Source: Aulosira sp. ZfuVER01 (GTDB taxonomy: Bacteria; Cyanobacteriota; Cyanobacteriia; Cyanobacteriales; Nostocaceae). From it: a stretch of 64,000 nucleotides of DNA. Shown here one piece after another: positions 60,000-64,000 of the stretch (positions within the stretch are counted from its first letter, which is position 1; each line of letters opens with the position of its first letter). The stretch spans positions 32,001-96,000 of the forward strand of contig JAVRCV020000051.1 in NCBI GenBank assembly GCA_034530615.2, given 5' to 3'. Below the pieces are notes generated by a model. The model saw nothing but the letters and a program-made list of their open reading frames with translations, made no database searches and was not told the DNA's origin. The position numbers were made by a program, and so were the translations under genes.

Positions 60000-60033
60000 G
60001 CGATCGCACTCCTAAATTCCCAAGTGCGATCGC
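60000..60033. repeat. 34-bp double-HIP1 hairpin, copy 2 (identical, same orientation)
   Basis: GCGATCGCACT-CCTAAATTCCCA-AGTGCGATCGC. Confidence 0.95.
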
Positions 60034-60219
60034 GGTTCACTACCTTTACTTGTCCCAAATACGGACATCCGATAATTTTTAGTATAAATTAAATAAATAA
60101 CTTATGTCTGATTTTTGAACAAAATACCTGACGAAAGCTTTATGAAGGTTGATTTTGCTGGGTTATATGTTTTCAAAAATCAAATCACTAAGCTACGTAT
60201 TATTATTGAATTTATCGTC

Positions 60220-61272
60220 ATGGAAAAGAACGTAGCGTTACGCAAAACTGATGAAGGCTGGAAATTTATTGATGAGTCTGAATTAGAAACTTTTGTTTGG
60301 GATAATTTAGCAGAAATATTTGGACTAAAGCCCTTAAAGCGCCAATTATCGATAAAAGGAGAAATTTGTGACATTTTAGCAATAGGAGAAAATAATCAAT
60401 TAGCTATTATTGAACTGAAAAATACAGAAGATAGATATGTGATTAATCAACTCACACGCTATTACGACAATTTATTAGAAGAACAACCTTTAAAAGATAA
60501 CATTAATTATGATGAAGAAGTTCGTTTGATAGCTATCTGTCCCAGCTTTCATCGTCATAATTTAATTGATGAAAAACACAGTAAATTAAAATTTAATCTA
60601 TTTACTTTTTTCATTGTATATGAAAATAATGAATTTTATTTTCATTTTTCTCATATTCATAGCCAATTTAAAACAAAAATTGTCAAAATTAATTATCAAG
60701 AAGTTAATCTCCAAAATCAAGTAAATGATAATATTCCTGAACCTGCAAGGTTATTATTAGATTGGTTAGGTTATTTAACAAACACAGAAATAGATAACTT
60801 AACGAAAATTAGAAATCAAATATTGACTTTTGATTCAAGAATAGAAGAAATAATAGTGAATAAAAGCATTATATATGCAAGTAAATATGGTAAGGATAAG
60901 ATGAGGCAATGTGCAGAGTTTTGTTTTGATAGAAAGTCGAAGAAGATACTATTCTTTTTATGGCTGATTATTCCCAACCGCCAAAATAGAACTATTACTA
61001 GAATGCAAATTGATACAACGCAAGAATATCTCACATATTGGCGATACGCTTCTGTAAAAGAAGGAAGTATAGATTGGGAAAAATTTTATCGTCGTCATTA
61101 TACTATTTCAATAAATAATCAGAAGTCTTTTGGTATTGTTACAGAAAATAATCGCAGTTTTTATTGTGTTCCAGGAAATAATGGCACATGGTTAAAACAA
61201 GAAATATTTGGTGAGGACATTAAACAAATTATTAATCATGCATTAAAAATATGGCTAGAAAGAACTAGTTAA
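60220..61272 (+). CDS. NucS-like (DUF91) PD-(D/E)XK endonuclease domain protein
   Basis: ESELETFVW, ICDILA, IIELKN, QLTRYY; very AT-rich. Confidence 0.8.
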   Translation: MEKNVALRKTDEGWKFIDESELETFVWDNLAEIFGLKPLKRQLSIKGEICDILAIGENNQLAIIELKNTEDRYVINQLTRYYDNLLEEQPLKDNINYDEEVRLIAICPSFHRHNLIDEKHSKLKFNLFTFFIVYENNEFYFHFSHIHSQFKTKIVKINYQEVNLQNQVNDNIPEPARLLLDWLGYLTNTEIDNLTKIRNQILTFDSRIEEIIVNKSIIYASKYGKDKMRQCAEFCFDRKSKKILFFLWLIIPNRQNRTITRMQIDTTQEYLTYWRYASVKEGSIDWEKFYRRHYTISINNQKSFGIVTENNRSFYCVPGNNGTWLKQEIFGEDIKQIINHALKIWLERTS

Positions 61273-61395
61273 AATAAGTTTAGTTGTAGGTCGGTATGAA
61301 GTCAGTAAAATCCAAATCTCATGTATTGGATTTAAACAAATAAAAATTAAGGTTGGCAATGTAAAAAAACTTATTTCGTCATCGAACTTAGCTTT

Positions 61396-61737
61396 TTAAG
61401 CTGTGGCAAAATCTGTATATTGTCTCACATCTGGCGGCTGAAACGCCAAGACAATCTCACTAGCAGGAACACCTAACCGGATTAACTCCGTGGCTATTCC
61501 TTCCTCAGTTAAATCTTCCTCAATGTAAATCTTTTCGTTCTTAATGCGAACATGGACATGAGTATATTTATGTCGTTTATTTCCCTGCCAATCAACTGTT
61601 AACCAGAGATAATGATCGTGGGTTTCGTCAAATACCAAACAAGTCTCATGTTTTTTATTAGCTGCTTGATGTGCAAAATCATCATATTCTGTCAAAACTT
61701 GTTTAATTAATTCCCGATAACGCATTAATTTATCCAT
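61396..61737 (-). CDS. xisI: XisI protein
   Basis: [41 protein letters not shown]. Confidence 0.92.
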   Translation of the reverse strand: MDKLMRYRELIKQVLTEYDDFAHQAANKKHETCLVFDETHDHYLWLTVDWQGNKRHKYTHVHVRIKNEKIYIEEDLTEEGIATELIRLGVPASEIVLAFQPPDVRQYTDFATA

Positions 61738-62144
61738 TGAACAATTTCCTCCCTTTCCATATTCACAACAAGTAAATTTATTTGATTAAATTTAACTACG
61801 GCTTGAATTGATTTTCTCTGGAAGAATGTTTCATAAATATTATCTTTGATAGCTAAACAAATTTCTTGATATTCATCTTTTCCAAATTGAATTAAATTTC
61901 GATATAATATATATTATCCCAAAGCAAGTTCAAAATCTTTCATCAGAGAAGGACTAATAAAACTTTTGATTTCTACAATAATTTTACGTTTTATTTTTGA
62001 CTCTGATAGATTTTTCTCAATTGCTAAATCTGCATATAATTCCGCATCTTCAAATTCAATTGAATAAGGATCGGCTGTAATTGTCCAGCCATCTTTAATT
62101 AAGGCATTTTTGACTGCATCATGGTAGATATCTTTTGCTGGCAT
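61725..62144 (-). pseudogene. xisH: XisH with a premature stop
   Basis: MPAKDIYHDAVKNALIKDGWTIT...VEIKSF...ALG*YILYR...EEIVQWIN; single in-frame TAA at 61914-61916 where the family has Q. Confidence 0.88.
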
Positions 62145-62167
62145 TTTTACCCTGCTAAGAACAGTCA

Positions 62168-62188
62168 GGTGGGCATTACACCCACCCT
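62168..62188 (-). terminator. Hairpin after acnB
   Basis: GGTGGG-CATTACA-CCCACC. Confidence 0.4.
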
Positions 62189-62195
62189 AATTACA

Positions 62196-64000
62196 CTATA
62201 CCAATAAAGCCTGCTGCTCCTTAGTAATCACTCGCCCTTCATCCTCAAAACCGGCGATTTGATCGAAGTTCAAATACCGATACAAATTATCGGCAAAAGG
62301 ATGAATTTTATTCGCCACAATATCAAGATATTCCTTGACTGTGGGAATGCGTCCTAACAAAGCACAAACTGCGGCTAATTCTGCGGAACCTAAATACACT
62401 CTTGCACCTTTACCCATGCGATTATTAAAGTTGCGGGTAGAGGTAGAAAATACAGTTGTGCCATCGGCAACTCGCGCCTGATTACCCATGCATAAACTGC
62501 ATCCTGGCATTTCTGTCCTAGCACCCGCAGCACCAAAAACGCTATATACACCTTCTTCTTTTAATTGGTATTCATCCATGCGGGTTGGGGGTGCTATCCA
62601 CAGGCGTGTTTTTACTTCACCTGCGCCTTCCAAAACTTTCGCTGTTGCCCGATAATGACCGATATTTGTCATACAAGAACCAACGAATACTTCTTGCACT
62701 GGATCGTTAGCAACTTCCGATAATAATTTCACATTATCGGGGTCATTGGGAGCAGCAACAATTGGTTCTTTGATTTCGTTCAAATCAATTTCAATGATTT
62801 CGGCATACTCGGCATCTGTGTCAGCTTCCAGTAATACAGGATTGGCTAACCATTCTTCCATTTTGGCGATGCGGCGGAGAATAGTACGCTCATCGTGATA
62901 GCCTCTGGCTATCATATTTTTTAACAGCGTGATATTAGAACGCAGATATTCAGCAATTGTTTCTGTACTCAGTTTAATTGTGCAACCTGCACAGGAACGT
63001 TCTGCTGATGCATCTGTTAATTCAAAGGCTTGTTCAACTTTTAAATCGGGCAAGCCTTCCATTTCTAAAATTCGCCCAGAAAAGACATTTTTCTTGTTCT
63101 CTTTCTCTACTGTCAGCAGTCCTTTTTGAATGGCGACGTAGGGTATGGCGTTAACAATATCTCTGAGGGTAATGCCTGGTTGTAATTCTCCTTTGAATCT
63201 TACCAATACTGACTCTGGCATATCCAAAGGCATCACACCCAAAGCGGCGGCAAAGGCTACTAACCCAGAACCTGCGGGGAAGGAAATACCTAAGGGGAAG
63301 CGGGTGTGAGAGTCGCCGCCAGTTCCGACGGTGTCGGGTAGTAGCATCCGGTTTAGCCAAGAGTGGATGATACCATCACCTGGACGTAGGGCAACGCCGC
63401 CACGTTGGGCGAAGAAGTCTGGTAAGTCGTGGTGGGTTTTGATATCAACTGGTTTGGGATAAGCAGCGGTGTGGCAGAAACTCTGCATCACCAAATCAGC
63501 ACTAAAACCGAGACAGGCGAGTTCTTTTAATTCGTCGCGGGTCATGGGGCCTGTGGTATCTTGGGAACCAACAGTAGTCATAATCGGTTCGCAAGATGTA
63601 CCAGGACGCACACCGGGTAATCCGCAAGCTTTCCCTACCATTTTCTGCGCGAGAGTGTAGCCTTTACCTGTATCTTCAGGTGCTTGGGGACGGATAAATA
63701 AGGTGCTGGGTTCTAAACCTAGTGCTTGGCGGGTTTTGTCGGTGAGAGTACGCCCAATTAATAGAGGTATACGTCCACCTGCACGGACTTCATCAAGGAT
63801 GGTATCGGGTTTCAAGGTGAAGGTGGTAATGACTTCGCCGGCTTCGTTGGTAATTTCGCCTTTGTAGGGATGGATGGTAATTACATCGCCTGTTTCTAGC
63901 TTGGTGACATCACACTGAATCGGCAAAGCACCGGCATCTTCAGCAGTGTTAAAGAAGATAGGCGCGATCGCACCACCTAAAATATACCCTCCAGCTCGCT
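62196..64000 (-). CDS. acnB: Aconitate hydratase B, 5' end beyond the window
   Basis: Frame open to the edge ([20 protein letters not shown]); [40 protein letters not shown]. Confidence 0.97.
   Translation of the reverse strand, partial: RAGGYILGGAIAPIFFNTAEDAGALPIQCDVTKLETGDVITIHPYKGEITNEAGEVITTFTLKPDTILDEVRAGGRIPLLIGRTLTDKTRQALGLEPSTLFIRPQAPEDTGKGYTLAQKMVGKACGLPGVRPGTSCEPIMTTVGSQDTTGPMTRDELKELACLGFSADLVMQSFCHTAAYPKPVDIKTHHDLPDFFAQRGGVALRPGDGIIHSWLNRMLLPDTVGTGGDSHTRFPLGISFPAGSGLVAFAAALGVMPLDMPESVLVRFKGELQPGITLRDIVNAIPYVAIQKGLLTVEKENKKNVFSGRILEMEGLPDLKVEQAFELTDASAERSCAGCTIKLSTETIAEYLRSNITLLKNMIARGYHDERTILRRIAKMEEWLANPVLLEADTDAEYAEIIEIDLNEIKEPIVAAPNDPDNVKLLSEVANDPVQEVFVGSCMTNIGHYRATAKVLEGAGEVKTRLWIAPPTRMDEYQLKEEGVYSVFGAAGARTEMPGCSLCMGNQARVADGTTVFSTSTRNFNNRMGKGARVYLGSAELAAVCALLGRIPTVKEYLDIVANKIHPFADNLYRYLNFDQIAGFEDEGRVITKEQQALLV

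Noticed and set aside
59120..60033. Classical integron or IS element
   Set aside because: No integrase or transposase, and the repeats lack attC RYYYAAC/GTTRRRY ends; kept only as a cassette-like finding.
61396..62144. Heterocyst excision element implied by xisH/xisI
   Set aside because: No recombinase or interrupted nif/fdx/hup gene in the window; xisHI pairs are commonly dispersed.

Overview
This is a chromosomal segment of a heterocyst-forming (Nostocales-type) cyanobacterium. The assignment rests on dense HIP1 (GCGATCGC) sites, STRR heptamer repeats, xisH/xisI and a Nostoc-type nblA. The core content is psbB-psbT-rps1, a hopanoid cluster (hpnH, hpnA, RND transporter, hpnG-like, hpnB, shc), aroE, a ppk1 with a Pho box, zds/crtQ, an A-type Fe-S carrier, two Cu-type P1B ATPases, the ABC1 kinase-PP2C-nblA-Ser/Thr kinase block and the 3' part of acnB. 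Three accessory zones stand out. (1) 1-4120 is a decayed defence locus. An intact, HIP1-free PLD(HKD)-nuclease/SF2-helicase fusion gene sits between the C-terminal remnant of a pPIWI-RE-associated DinG-like helicase (missing from the ORF track) and truncated XRE and ImmA-like genes. (2) 51.7-56.2 kb is a metal cassette with three MerR-type operators and a 32-codon phytochelatin-synthase remnant. (3) 56.2-62.1 kb is a string of cassette-like genes (PEP-CTERM, AAA NTPase, vapBC, NucS-like nuclease, xisHI) separated by HIP1 sites, with vapBC bracketed by two identical 34-bp double-HIP1 hairpins. Two gene remnants break exactly at GAGGCGATCGCAT. I saw no rRNA, tRNA, CRISPR array, integrase or transposase. 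All family assignments come from motifs recognised by eye, not from database searches.
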